DNA of 64,000 nt, from NCBI GenBank assembly GCA_963695545.1, contig OY968796.1, positions 3,808,001-3,872,000 on the forward strand, given 5' to 3'. Positions 22,393 to 33,600 of this stretch are shown here, one piece after another. The stretch comes from Terriglobia bacterium (GTDB taxonomy: Bacteria; Acidobacteriota; Terriglobia; Acidiferrales; UBA7541). Position numbers and translations under genes: made by a program. The notes beneath the pieces are model-generated. The model made no database searches. It was given only the letters and a program-made list of their open reading frames with translations, and was not told the DNA's origin. Position 1 is the stretch's first letter; every line of letters starts with the position of its first letter.

Positions 22393-22469
22393 CACCGGGC
22401 TGCGCGGAGCGCATCGCTTCGCCCATCCCTGTCTGAACCGTCGCCGAAAAACGGCACCCAACGAACGGT

Positions 22470-22784
22470 TTATTTCTCTGGCTTCTTGTCCGACTCGTCG
22501 CCTCTATAGATTTTGCGGGTCTTATCGTCCGGGACGGAGTAATCCGCGCCCCAGTTGATCCCTGTGCTCTCAGAATCGTGCGTTCCGGTATTCATACCTT
22601 GGTTTAAGTCCTGTTGCTCAATCAACTGCGTTTCGCGGCTGCTATCCAGGTCTTGCGTAACGTCGTTGTTCAGATCCTCGACAGTCTGCTTTTCGAGTTG
22701 TTCGCTTGCGCTGGCCTCTTCTTGTTTCTTGTCTTTCGGGTCCAAGTCGCCGGATTTGGATTTCTGTGTTCCTGCGTCAGCCAT
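22470..22784 (-). CDS. Hypothetical acidic, probably disordered protein
   Basis: AAGGGGG SD; 104 aa rich in D/E/Q/K. Confidence 0.6.
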   Translation of the reverse strand: MADAGTQKSKSGDLDPKDKKQEEASASEQLEKQTVEDLNNDVTQDLDSSRETQLIEQQDLNQGMNTGTHDSESTGINWGADYSVPDDKTRKIYRGDESDKKPEK

Positions 22785-23041
22785 GTCCGCCCCCTTAAAA
22801 TTTTGTAAATTCGCTCGCCAATGACAACGGAATCAAGCCCATTCTACGCCCAAACCCAAGTCCCAGATGGCCCCTCCTTAAGAAGCTCCGCTTTGTATCA
22901 GATTCTGGCTGCCCCTCGAGAGTTACGGCATCTTTACTGCGACGGGAGAAATAAGTCTGTTCAATACCGCGCATGAATCCCGCCGCGGCCGCGCTCAAGG
23001 CCGCGTTGCGACCCCGGAAAGCGTCTGCGATAATGCGGCGC

Positions 23042-25762
23042 ATGTTGACCGGCAACGAAATCCGCCGCAAATTCCTGGATTATTTCGTCGCGCAAGGCCA
23101 TCGCGAAGTGCGCAGCTCCTCGCTCGTGCCCGCGAACGATCCGACGCTGCTCTTCACCAACGCGGGAATGAACCAGTTCAAGGACGTTTTCCTCGGCCTC
23201 GAGCAGCGCGATTACAAGCGCGCCACCAGCTCCCAGAAATGCGTGCGCGCCGGCGGAAAACACAACGACCTCGAAAACGTCGGCTTCACGCGCCGCCATC
23301 TCACATTCTTCGAGATGCTCGGGAACTTCAGCTTCGGTGACTACTTCAAACGCGACGCTATCGCGTTCGCCTGGGAATTAGTCACCAGCCCGAATTGGTT
23401 TGGCCTTCCGAAAGATCAGTTGTACGTCACGATTTTTAAAGGCGCAGATGGCATTCCTCGCGACGATGACGCCGAAAAATATTGGCTTGATGTCGGCGTA
23501 CCCAAGAATCGAATCATCGAACTTGGAATGAAAGAGAATTTCTGGCAGATGGGTGAAACCGGGCCCTGCGGGCCGTCTTCGGAGATGATTTACGAACGCG
23601 CGGGCGTCAAGGCAGAAGACGATAGTCTCCCGATCGGCGAAGACGACGCTCGCTTCGTGGAAATATGGAACCTGGTTTTCATGCAGTTCAATCGATCTGC
23701 CGTGGTGGACCCCGCAGGCAAGACCGCTGGCCACAAGCTCGATCCTTTGCCCAAGCCATCCATCGACACCGGGATGGGATTAGAGCGCATCACCTCGGTA
23801 TTGCAAAATAAGAGTTGGATCTACGAAACCGACTTATTCACGCCGCTCATCAAGAGAGCGGCCGAACTCGCAAACACGCCAAACGATGCCGCCAACCCGA
23901 GCCTTCGCATCGTGGCCGACCATTCGCGCGCTGCAACCTTTCTGATTTCCGATGGCGTCGTTCCCTCGAACGACGGCCGCGGCTACGTCCTGCGCAAAAT
24001 TATTCGCCGCGCGCTGCGTCATGGCAAATTGCTTGGTGCGCCCTCGCCGCTCCTCGCGCCGCTCTCCGATAGCGTGCGCGAATTGATGCGCGACGCTTAC
24101 CCCGAGCTGGATGATTCCGCCGCGCGTATTCGCCAAATTCTTGACGCCGAGGAATCGCGCTTCGGCCGCACCCTCGATATCGGCCTCAAAAAGCTCGAAG
24201 ACGACCTCGCGGCGCTCCCTGAAGCGGAATCGCTCGAGAGGCCCGCAGTGTATTCGGGAGCCAGCGCATTTCGCTTGTACGACACCTACGGCTTGCCGCT
24301 CGACTTCATCAAGGACGTTCTCCGCGATCAGGCCGTGGCCTTTGACGAAGCCGGCTTCGACACCGCTATGCACGAACAACGCACGCGCGCTCGCGCCTCA
24401 TGGAAGGGCGGCCACAAGGACGTAGCCAAACCCGCCTACGCCAAGCTCGCGGAAACATTTCGTACGGAGCCGGATTTTTATTTCGGCACGCAGTCCAAAG
24501 ACAGCCAGATCGAAGCCATCCTCACCGCCGAAGGCGAAGTCGACAAAATTCCCGCCGGCGCCGAAGCCGAAGTCGTGCTCGACCGCACGGTTTTTTTCGC
24601 GGAATCCGGCGGCCAAGTCGCGGACATCGGCGCGCTCTGGAGCAACGATCTCTCCACACAACTAGCCGAAGTGCGCGGCGCGTATTACCCGCTGGCAGGA
24701 CTTGTCGCGCACCGCATCGTCGCGAAAAATCCGCTGCGCACCGGCGAACGCGTCGCCAGCATCGCCGACGCCGAGCGCCGCGAACACATAAAACGCAATC
24801 ACACCGCAACGCACCTGATGCACGCCGCGCTGCGCAACATTCTCGGCACGCACGTGAAACAAGCGGGCTCGCTTGTCGAACCCGGCCGTCTGCGTTTCGA
24901 TTTCTCCCATTTCGCCGCCGTGGATCGCGCCGAGCTCCGCGACATCGAAGAGCAAGTCAACGAACAAATCCGCAACAACGCGGAAATTCTAACCGACGTC
25001 AACACCCTGGACGACGCTCTGGCCTCCGGCGCTCTCGCGTTTTTCGGCGATCGCTATCCCGAACAAAATGTCCGCGTGGTCACCATTCCCGACCCCGCAT
25101 CGCCGCGCGGTTTTTACAGCAAGGAACTCTGCGGCGGCACGCACGTGCGCCGCTCCGGCGAAATCGGCGCGTTCAAAATCGTCGTCGAACAAGCTTCCTC
25201 CGCCGGCGTGCGCCGCATCGAAGCGCTCACCGGCACAGCCGCGCTCGCCGATTATCAACACGCGCGCGAAACCTTGTCCGCGCTCGCCGCCCGTCTCGGC
25301 GCCTCCGAAGAGAATCTTCTCGCCGCCGCCGAACGCGCCGAAGAATCCCGTCGCCAACTCGAAAAGCAACTCGAAGCCCTCAAGCGCGCTCAAGCGCTCA
25401 GCAACGTAGACGCCCTGCTCGCCCAGGCGCAAACCGTCAAAGGCGTCAAGGTGGTCTCCGCCGAAATGGACGGTGCGGACCGCGAAACGCTCCGCGCCGT
25501 GGCCGACCGCTTGCGCCAAAAGTTAGGCTCCGGAGTGGTCGTGCTCGGCGCAATCGATGAAGGCAAAGTGGCGCTTTTGGTCGCCGTCACGAAGGACCTG
25601 ACCACCAAGGTTCACGCCGGCAAGGTCGTCCAGGATCTCGCCAAGCAAGTAGGCGGCAGCGGCGGTGGCAGACCCGATTTGGCAGAGGCTGGCGGAAAAG
25701 ACACATCGGCACTCAAAAAGGTACTTCAGTACGCCCCTACCCTGATAGACCGAATGCTATAA
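23042..25762 (+). CDS. alaS: Alanine--tRNA ligase
   Basis: DPTLLFTNAGMNQFK, FFEMLGNFSFGDYFK, HTATHL, ELCGGTHV, GGGGRPDLAEAGG. Confidence 0.99.
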   Translation: MLTGNEIRRKFLDYFVAQGHREVRSSSLVPANDPTLLFTNAGMNQFKDVFLGLEQRDYKRATSSQKCVRAGGKHNDLENVGFTRRHLTFFEMLGNFSFGDYFKRDAIAFAWELVTSPNWFGLPKDQLYVTIFKGADGIPRDDDAEKYWLDVGVPKNRIIELGMKENFWQMGETGPCGPSSEMIYERAGVKAEDDSLPIGEDDARFVEIWNLVFMQFNRSAVVDPAGKTAGHKLDPLPKPSIDTGMGLERITSVLQNKSWIYETDLFTPLIKRAAELANTPNDAANPSLRIVADHSRAATFLISDGVVPSNDGRGYVLRKIIRRALRHGKLLGAPSPLLAPLSDSVRELMRDAYPELDDSAARIRQILDAEESRFGRTLDIGLKKLEDDLAALPEAESLERPAVYSGASAFRLYDTYGLPLDFIKDVLRDQAVAFDEAGFDTAMHEQRTRARASWKGGHKDVAKPAYAKLAETFRTEPDFYFGTQSKDSQIEAILTAEGEVDKIPAGAEAEVVLDRTVFFAESGGQVADIGALWSNDLSTQLAEVRGAYYPLAGLVAHRIVAKNPLRTGERVASIADAERREHIKRNHTATHLMHAALRNILGTHVKQAGSLVEPGRLRFDFSHFAAVDRAELRDIEEQVNEQIRNNAEILTDVNTLDDALASGALAFFGDRYPEQNVRVVTIPDPASPRGFYSKELCGGTHVRRSGEIGAFKIVVEQASSAGVRRIEALTGTAALADYQHARETLSALAARLGASEENLLAAAERAEESRRQLEKQLEALKRAQALSNVDALLAQAQTVKGVKVVSAEMDGADRETLRAVADRLRQKLGSGVVVLGAIDEGKVALLVAVTKDLTTKVHAGKVVQDLAKQVGGSGGGRPDLAEAGGKDTSALKKVLQYAPTLIDRML

Positions 25763-25763
25763 T
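25755..25763 (+). promoter_or_regulatory. Extended -10 promoter for the lytic transglycosylase gene
   Basis: Perfect TGcTATAAT overlapping the alaS stop codon, 90 nt upstream of ATG 25853. Confidence 0.6.
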
Positions 25764-25852
25764 TTTGGAAGCGTCAGAATCGCGGCCTGCGGGGTAGCTA
25801 ACCCGCAGAGGATACAGCGCCTTATCGACCTGAGGCCTGCCAACACCCAGCC

Positions 25853-26656
25853 ATGACCTCGCGCATCGCCATCTTCGCTGCCATCTTATTGACAACGCTA
25901 GGGTTGTCCGCGCCGCGAGCGCACGCCCAGATCGCCTTTTACACCGATTCAAATGGGCAGCGTGTCTATATCAACGCCAATCCGCCGGCCGCCCCCAAGC
26001 GCTCGGCAGCGGCCGCGCGCACCGAGGCTCAGCCAGCACCATCCGTCGCCGAGTCTACGACTTCCGCCGAACTATCTGTTCCGCCGCCCCCGTCATCGCC
26101 ATCCGTGTTAGGCGATAACACCGACTCTTCCGACGACGACTCGACGACGCAGGCATCGGCTCCTGAACCACCGACCGCCGAGAAACCCACGCTCGACCAA
26201 ATGGTGAACGAGGTGGCCACCCGCCACAACGTCGATCCCCAGCTCGTGCGCGCCGTGATCGGCGCGGAATCGAACTGGGACCCGCACGCGGTCTCGCGCA
26301 CCGGCGCGCAGGGCCTGATGCAACTCGTGCCCTCGACGGCCAGCCAGCTCGGCGTGCGCAACGCCTTCGATCCGCGTCAAAATGTAGAGGGCGGCGTGAG
26401 TTATCTAAAAAGTTTGCTCGTACGCTATGGAGGCGATCTGGATAAGGCCCTGGCGGCATATAATGCTGGACCAGGGGCCGTGGATCGCGCCGGCGGCGTG
26501 CCGCACATCGCCGAAACGCAACATTACGTGCAGCGCGTGACCGACACATATTACCGGCCCGGTTCGGATCGTTCTCCGCACGGCCCGATGCAAGAGTCGC
26601 ATCCGATTTATCGCACCACGGACGATTCGGGTCGCGTCGTATTTACGAACGAGTAG
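25853..26656 (+). CDS. Lytic transglycosylase (SLT domain)
   Basis: Signal peptide; AES (catalytic Glu), GAQGLMQL, ALAAYNAGPG, ETQHYV. Confidence 0.93.
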   Translation: MTSRIAIFAAILLTTLGLSAPRAHAQIAFYTDSNGQRVYINANPPAAPKRSAAAARTEAQPAPSVAESTTSAELSVPPPPSSPSVLGDNTDSSDDDSTTQASAPEPPTAEKPTLDQMVNEVATRHNVDPQLVRAVIGAESNWDPHAVSRTGAQGLMQLVPSTASQLGVRNAFDPRQNVEGGVSYLKSLLVRYGGDLDKALAAYNAGPGAVDRAGGVPHIAETQHYVQRVTDTYYRPGSDRSPHGPMQESHPIYRTTDDSGRVVFTNE

Positions 26657-26692
26657 TTTGTTGGGGGAGCGGCGATCGACCGCCGCAAGAAA

Positions 26693-28870
26693 ATGCGTGG
26701 CATTTCACATCTGGCTCTAGTGGGCTTGTGTGTCGCGTGCCTTGCCGTCGCGACGGTTAGAGCACAAGACACCGCGTCGGCGAAGCGCGACGCCGCCCAG
26801 CAACAATTCGATCGCGCCGAATCCCTGCGCACCGCGCTTGAATCGCAATCCGCCGAAAATCGCACCGAAAAATCTTATCTCGAAGTGGTGCAGGCCTATC
26901 GCCGCGTCTACTACATCACCGCACACGCACAGGAAGTTCCCGCCGCGCTGTTCGCCGTCGGTTCGCTTTACCGCGCGATGGGCGATCGCTTCGATAAGAC
27001 GTATTATCAATCGGCCGTCGACGCCTACCAATTCTTGTTGCACGATTATCCGACCAACCGCTATCGCGAAGACGCCATGCTCGCCGTCGGTGAAATCGCG
27101 CGCGACGATTTGCACGACGCCGCGCTCGCCAGGAAAACCTACGAAGATTTTCTGACGCTGCATCCGCATTCCGATAGCGCCCCCGAAGCGCGCCAGGCGC
27201 TCGCCGCAATGGACGCGGAAGCGCAGAGCAATTCTTCCGCCGCTGCCTCCGCGACAACTCGCCCGACTCAGACGTCGCATCCCGCCGCGCAAAAGTCCTC
27301 GCCCGCCCCGGCCACGACAGCGAGCACGAGCGACAACGAAATCGAAACGCAGCCCAGTTCCGCGCCGTCTGCCGGCACAACCGCCGCATCCGACGGCGCG
27401 TCCGGCTCGGTCGCCGAAGTCACGCGCATCCAAACCTGGAACGCCGACACCTACACGCGAATCGTCATCGACGTCGGCGCGCCGGTGAAATATCAGTCCG
27501 CGCGCATTCCCGGTCCCGACCGAATTTATTTCGATCTCGACCACGCGCATCTCGATCCCTCGCTGCTCGACAAGGCCATCGACATCGGACCCGGCGGTTT
27601 TCTGAAGGGCGTGCGCGTTGCGCAGAATCAAGACAGCGTGGTTCGCGTAGTCCTCGAAGTGAATCAGGTTAAAAATTATTCCGTGTTTCTGCTCGATCAT
27701 CCGAGCCGCATCGTGGTGGATGTTTACGGAGCGTCGGACGCGCAATCCGCGAAAAATTCCGCGCCGCGTTCAGCTCCTGAGGCCCCGCCCGAGACGTCGC
27801 GCGAATCTTCCAGCCGATCGCCCGCGCGCCTCGGACCGTACGTCCTGGCTTCGCCCGATCTCGCCGCGCGAACAAACTCGAATCATTCAAGCCCCCGCAC
27901 CGCGCCGGCGTCTGAATCCGCATCCGACTCTCCGTCGGAATCCGCGGCGGTCTCCGCGACGTCACCTGCGGCGACATCCGCGGCGGTATCGCCCGCGACC
28001 ACAGCGATGCCGCAGCCCATCGCAAAATCCAGAAAACAAACCGTAGCCTCCATGCGCCCGCCCTCGATTCCGGAACCCATGCGCGATGGCCAAGCCTCGC
28101 TCACCCGCGTGCTCGGCCTAAAAGTCGGCCGAATCGTGATTGACGCCGGCCACGGCGGCCACGACACCGGCACGATCGGCCCCACCGGCCTGCTGGAAAA
28201 GGACTTATGCCTTGACGTGGCCCTCCGCCTCGGCGCGCTGATCAGCCAGCGCTTGCCCGGAGCCGAAGTGATCTACACGCGCGACGACGACACCTTCGTT
28301 CCGCTCGAGCAACGCACCGCCATCGCCACCGAGGCCAAGGCCGACCTGTTCATTTCCATCCACGCCAATTCCAGCCCCGACCCCAGCGCTCGCGGCATCG
28401 AAACTTATTATCTGAATTTCACGAATTCCCCCTCGGCTCTGCAGGTCGCCGCGCGCGAGAACGCCACATTCGATGGCGGCGTCCACGATCTCCAGGACAT
28501 GCTCCGAAAAATCGCGCAGAACGAAAAAATCGACGAATCGCGCGATCTCGCCGAAGACATTCAGGGCTCTCTCTCAAAGCGCATGGAGCTCGTGAATACC
28601 GCCGAAAAAGATCGCGGCGTGCGCACCGCGCCCTTCGTCGTGCTGATCGGCGCGAATATCCCGTCCGTGCTCGCGGAAATCGGATTCATCAGCAATCCCG
28701 CCGACGAAAAAATGATGAAGAAGCCCGACGCCCGCGAGCGCGTCGCCGAAGGCCTCTACCAAGGAATCGCCAGCTATCTCCAGAGCACCAACAGTCTCGC
28801 CGCCACTCAGGCGGAATCGGAATCCCCCAGCGCCCCGCTGCCACTGGCGCGCGCCGGCAACCGGCGCTAG
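26693..28870 (+). CDS. N-acetylmuramoyl-L-alanine amidase (TPR + AMIN + Amidase_3)
   Basis: IDAGHGGHD, EKD, FISIHAN, LAEIGF; AMIN-like TRIVID and RIYFDL; N-terminal TPR-like helices. Confidence 0.93.
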   Translation: MRGISHLALVGLCVACLAVATVRAQDTASAKRDAAQQQFDRAESLRTALESQSAENRTEKSYLEVVQAYRRVYYITAHAQEVPAALFAVGSLYRAMGDRFDKTYYQSAVDAYQFLLHDYPTNRYREDAMLAVGEIARDDLHDAALARKTYEDFLTLHPHSDSAPEARQALAAMDAEAQSNSSAAASATTRPTQTSHPAAQKSSPAPATTASTSDNEIETQPSSAPSAGTTAASDGASGSVAEVTRIQTWNADTYTRIVIDVGAPVKYQSARIPGPDRIYFDLDHAHLDPSLLDKAIDIGPGGFLKGVRVAQNQDSVVRVVLEVNQVKNYSVFLLDHPSRIVVDVYGASDAQSAKNSAPRSAPEAPPETSRESSSRSPARLGPYVLASPDLAARTNSNHSSPRTAPASESASDSPSESAAVSATSPAATSAAVSPATTAMPQPIAKSRKQTVASMRPPSIPEPMRDGQASLTRVLGLKVGRIVIDAGHGGHDTGTIGPTGLLEKDLCLDVALRLGALISQRLPGAEVIYTRDDDTFVPLEQRTAIATEAKADLFISIHANSSPDPSARGIETYYLNFTNSPSALQVAARENATFDGGVHDLQDMLRKIAQNEKIDESRDLAEDIQGSLSKRMELVNTAEKDRGVRTAPFVVLIGANIPSVLAEIGFISNPADEKMMKKPDARERVAEGLYQGIASYLQSTNSLAATQAESESPSAPLPLARAGNRR

Positions 28871-28898
28871 AATTCTTACGTATTACATAATGGAAGCC

Positions 28899-30014
28899 AT
28901 GCGAAAAACTTTCCACCTCATCGCGCTCGTGATCTTCTCCGTCGGCGTCGCGTCCTTATCCGCGCACGCGCAGGGATTGCTGCCCGATTCGTTCGGCGGC
29001 TGGAGCGCCTCCTCCGCCACGCAGCGCTTGGATGCGCCTGCCGTCGAGCAGTCCGCCGGCTCCGACGCCGCCGTGCTTCAGGAATATCGCACCGAAGGCG
29101 CCGCGCGGCGTTCCTACGCGCGCGCCGGCGATTCCGTCTCGATCACGCTCTACCATCTGGGCGATCCCAGCGCCGCATACGGCCTCTACACTTTTTTGCG
29201 CTCCGACGCGCTCGCGCCGATCGCAGTCGGCTCGTTCGCCTCCGCCTCGCCCACTCGCGCGCTGATCGTAATTGGAAATCTGCTCGTCGACGTCGCCGCG
29301 CCCAAGCAACGCCCCAGCGACGCCGACCTCAAAGCCTTGGCGCAATTCCTCGCGCCGCAAGCCGACACTGCCCCGTTCCCCACCATCGCGGAATCTCTTC
29401 CGCAGCCCGGCCTGCTGCCCGACACGCAGCACTATTTCGTCGGCCCGCAAGCCCTATCGCGCGTCGTGCCCCTCGGCACCGACGACTGGGCCGGCTTCGA
29501 CTACAGCGCCGAAGCTCTCTCCGCGCGCTACCGCATGAACGCGAAAGACGACGCCGTTCTCCTGCTCATCTCCTACCCCACGCAGCAGATCGCCGCGAAA
29601 GAATTTGATGGCATGATGCGCCGCTTCCCGATTGACCCGCCCGGCGGCGCGCTCCCCGGACAATCCATCCTCTACGGCAGACGCGTCGGTCCGCTCGTCG
29701 CTCTCGTTGTCGGCGCGCCCACACGCGTCGCCGCCAATTCGCTCCTCGATCAAATCCACAGCAACGACGTCGTCACCTGGAACGAACCGAAAACCTCATA
29801 TACCGATCCCAGCATCGGCAGCATCGTCGTTGAAGGCATTCTGGGCACGGGCGCAATCATGCTGCTCGCCATCGCCGCGGGAATCGGATTCGGCGGTCTG
29901 CGCGTCGTCGTCAAATATTTTCTTCCCGGAAAGGTTTTCGACCGCGAAAAGCAAATGGAAGTCCTGCAGCTCGGAATTTCCAGCAAACCCATTCGTGCCA
30001 AGGATTTCTACTGA
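28899..30014 (+). CDS. DUF6599-like exported protein with C-terminal TM helix
   Basis: Signal peptide; DPSAAYGLYT, LLLISYPTQQIA; C-terminal TM helix. ATG 28899 is 7 nt after CATAAT; alternative start 28890. Confidence 0.75.
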   Translation: MRKTFHLIALVIFSVGVASLSAHAQGLLPDSFGGWSASSATQRLDAPAVEQSAGSDAAVLQEYRTEGAARRSYARAGDSVSITLYHLGDPSAAYGLYTFLRSDALAPIAVGSFASASPTRALIVIGNLLVDVAAPKQRPSDADLKALAQFLAPQADTAPFPTIAESLPQPGLLPDTQHYFVGPQALSRVVPLGTDDWAGFDYSAEALSARYRMNAKDDAVLLLISYPTQQIAAKEFDGMMRRFPIDPPGGALPGQSILYGRRVGPLVALVVGAPTRVAANSLLDQIHSNDVVTWNEPKTSYTDPSIGSIVVEGILGTGAIMLLAIAAGIGFGGLRVVVKYFLPGKVFDREKQMEVLQLGISSKPIRAKDFY

Positions 30015-30130
30015 AAGTCTCACGCAACTGTTGAAATCCGGTGCAAGATTTCACGTGCCAATTGAGGATTTTGGCTTAACACCCTGAAACCAAACAACTT
30101 CTACTTCTTTGATTTCAACAGCCTGCCCTC

Positions 30131-30160
30131 TTGACTTCCCGATTTGCGCTCTTTTATGCT
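30131..30160 (+). promoter_or_regulatory. Sigma70-like promoter
   Basis: TTGACT-N18-TATGCT. Confidence 0.55.
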
Positions 30161-30165
30161 CACGC

Positions 30166-30260
30166 CCGAGGATAAAGAGTTCTGGCGCCTTCCGCGCATA
30201 GGCCTGGGACTATTCTCCCCTCTGGAGAGCCCACCCCCCACCGGGTGGGCTTTCTATTGT
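30166..30260 (+). ncRNA. Candidate ~90-nt small RNA
   Basis: Follows the promoter. Contains an imperfect hairpin (30179-30210), a TCTCCCCTC stretch and a terminator-like hairpin AGAGCCCACCC..GGGTGGGCTTTCT. Confidence 0.45.
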
Positions 30261-30655
30261 AACGTTGCCTCCGCAATCTCAACTCAACGCCGCTCCCCCA
30301 CGGTCGCTCTGCTCTTCGCGCCACCTGTTCCGCCCTGTACCGCCGTACAACTTGTCGTTTGACGTTGAAACGCGCAAGCTACCATCGCGTCCAAGCTCGC
30401 GCGTCCGGATCCGCGCGATAAGCAACCGGCCCCGCGCGCGGCGCATCGGAATCTGTTATGCAGGCCGCCTCGCGGGTAAGGGACAGTCGATCAGGCAAAG
30501 TTTCGGCGCGCATTCTAGACTGCGTTGGCCTTTGAATCACACAACGCGTGAGGCGTCCCGGAGTTCAACTCAGTCGCGTGCTAGCATCATCGCCATGCTG
30601 TCCGGCACGTATAAATTGGTTATCATTCAACTGCGCTTCCCCGCAAGGTGATCCC

Positions 30656-33600
30656 ATGACCCCAGCTTCTCGCTCCACACTGCGGAGCCGGCTTTTGTCG
30701 GTTCTCGGCATCGCATCGATCGCCGTTCTGGGCGCAATCTCCGCCGGCGCGCAAGCGCCCGCCGTGCAATCCCGCATCACGCAGCTGATCGACGAAAATA
30801 ATCTCGTCACCCTGCACGGCAACACGCATCCCTTGGCCCGCGCTCAATATGACCAGGGCGCCGCGCCCGATAATCTGCCGACCGATCGCATCTTGCTCAT
30901 GTTGCAACGCAGCCCCGCGCAGGAAACCGCATTGCAGCAATTGCTCGAGGGCCAGAAATCAAAATCTTCGCCGTACTACCATCAGTGGCTCACGCCCACC
31001 CAATTCGGCCAGCAGTTCGGCGCCTCCGACTCCGACATTCAAACTATCACCTCGTGGCTCGAGGCGCATGGATTCACGGTGAACAGCGTTTCCCCTGGCC
31101 GCACGGTGATCGACTTTTCCGGCAACGCCGGCCTGGTGCGCGCGGCATTCCACACCGAGATTCACAAGTACGTCGTGAACGGCGAATCGCATTGGGCCAA
31201 CAACGCCGACCCGCAAATCCCCGCCGCGCTCGCGCCGGTGATCGCCGGCCTGGTCTCCCTGAACAATTTCAAGAAGAAGCCGATGTACAAAATCACCGCT
31301 CATCCACTCTCGCCAGCCACGACGAACCCGATAACTCTTGAGACCGAAGCCGGCCAGTGCACGACATCCCTCGGCGCGACCGTTACTTGCTACGCAGTCG
31401 CCCCGGCGGATTTTGCAACGATCTATAATTCGGAACCGCTCTGGAGCGCCGGAATCGACGGCACCGGCCAGACCATCGCGATCGTCGGCGAAACCGACAT
31501 CAACTGCCAGGACATCATCAATTTCCGCTCCTTCTATGGCCTCTCAACTACATTCCCCGACGACTGCGGGCCCAACTCAAACGTACAAATCATCCTCGAC
31601 GGCCCCGATCCCGGCTATCAGGAAGATGAAACCGAAGCCGATCTCGACGTCGAATGGTCCGGTGCGGTCGCCAAAGGCGCGCACATTGATTTCGTCGAAT
31701 CCGAAAGCACCGAAACGACTCAGGGAATCGATCTCTCCGCCGAATATATCGTGAACAACAATCTCGCCCCGGTGATGAGCGAGAGCTACGGTGAATGCGA
31801 GGCGTTCCTGCTGACAGCCGGAAATCAGTTTTACAACGCTCTTTGGGAACAGGCGGCCGCCCAAGGAATAACCGTGATTACGTCCGCAGGCGACAGCGGC
31901 TCGGCCGGATGCGACGATGACAACTCCGTCCTCTTCGCGCAGGAGGGCGCTAACGTCAGTGGCCTGAACTCCACACCGTATAACGTGTCGGCTGGCGGGA
32001 CGGATTTCAATTACGTAAGCAACCCAGCGACGTCATACTGGAATGCCGGCAATTCCACCATCTCGACAGGCCAGACCCAGGAATCCGCGAAAGGGTACAT
32101 ACCAGAAATTCCGTGGGACGACTCCTGCGCCGCAAGCGGCGTGGTTACCGCCTGCAGTAACCAATCCATCGATCAAGAAGCATTCGTCACCGGCGGATTG
32201 AACATCGTGGCCGCCGGCGGCGGCGAAAGCAACTGCGTTTTATCCGTCGTCGAGGGGGAGATTGTCAATTGTGACGCCAGCACCGCTTTTCCCAACGGGG
32301 GATATCCAAAGCCCGCTTGGCAAAGCGGAAGCGCGGTCACCGGCCTCGCCAGCACCGACGGGGTGCGCGACGTTCCCGACATCTCTCTTTATGCCGCCGC
32401 GGAGTCGGCCAGTAACTCCTTCTATCCGATTTGCGAATCCGACCTGAATACGAACAACGCGGAGTGCACCTCGTTCAGTTTGTTTGCCGGCGTCGGGGGA
32501 ACGTCCTCGTCCGCGCCCGCTTTTGCCGGCATTATGGCCATGATCAACCAATATACATCGACCACCCCCGCGCCACTCGCAGCTCCCGTTCTGCGTCAGG
32601 GCAACGCCAACTATGAACTGTACGCACTCGCGTCGAAACAGGTGACGGCTGCCACGAGTTGCACTTCAGATTCGAATCCCAACACGGCGGACACTTCCGG
32701 TTGCACGTTCTACGACATCAACTCAGGTAGCAACTCCGTTCCTTGCGAGGGAGACTCGTTCGGTTGCAGCAATACCAGCGAGACGTCAACGAACGCCGGC
32801 GTTGTAGAGCAGTCGGTCAGCTTGACGAACGGCGCTCCGGATGGAACCGTGGCTTGGGTGGCGAGCGCGGGATACGACCTAGCTACGGGCCTGGGCTCGG
32901 TCAACGTGTATAACCTGGTGCACAACTGGCCCGCCGTTGTCGGCGCCTTCCATTCAACGTCGTCAACATTGAAACTCTGCACGGGAGGAACCGCGGTCTG
33001 CCAGCCGGGCGACAGCCCCACCGCTCTCAGCTTTGTGCACGGCACAACAGTAACCGTCGATATCGGCGTTTCCTCCGGGAGCGGCACCCCGACGGGGAAT
33101 GCTGCAATCATCGGATCGCCGAACCCGCTTTCTAACACGAACGGCAACTTCGCCATGGGCACCACCGCCGCCGTGGATATCTTCCATCTCACCTCCACCG
33201 GCGCCCTCAACATCGATGCGTATCCTCTGACCAACGGGGCCGCCACCGGCACCACCGTCTACCTCCCCGGCGGAAGCTACGCCATCAACACGCACTACAC
33301 CGGCGATGGTACTTTTGGCGCCAGCGATTCCGCCGCAGTCACCGTAAACATATCTGCCGAAAACAGCACAGCGACTCTTGCAGCTTCCGAGTACAACCCT
33401 GTGGAACAGGAATTCGTGGCCCTCCCGGCCTCAGTTCCTTACGGCACCGCCGAAATATTCCGCCTCGATGTCTTCGGCACTTCTGGCACTTCGACTACTC
33501 ATCCGGAAACCGCCACGGGGGCCGTATTGTTCACCGACGAGGGAACTCCAATTTCGCAAACGTCCGTGAACGGCGGCGCTAACGAGGCGTTTACTCTGAA

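Noticed and set aside
25764..25852. c-di-AMP or c-di-GMP riboswitch before the lytic transglycosylase
   Set aside because: Only one hairpin (CTGCGGG/CCCGCAG) is present; conserved aptamer motifs were not seen.
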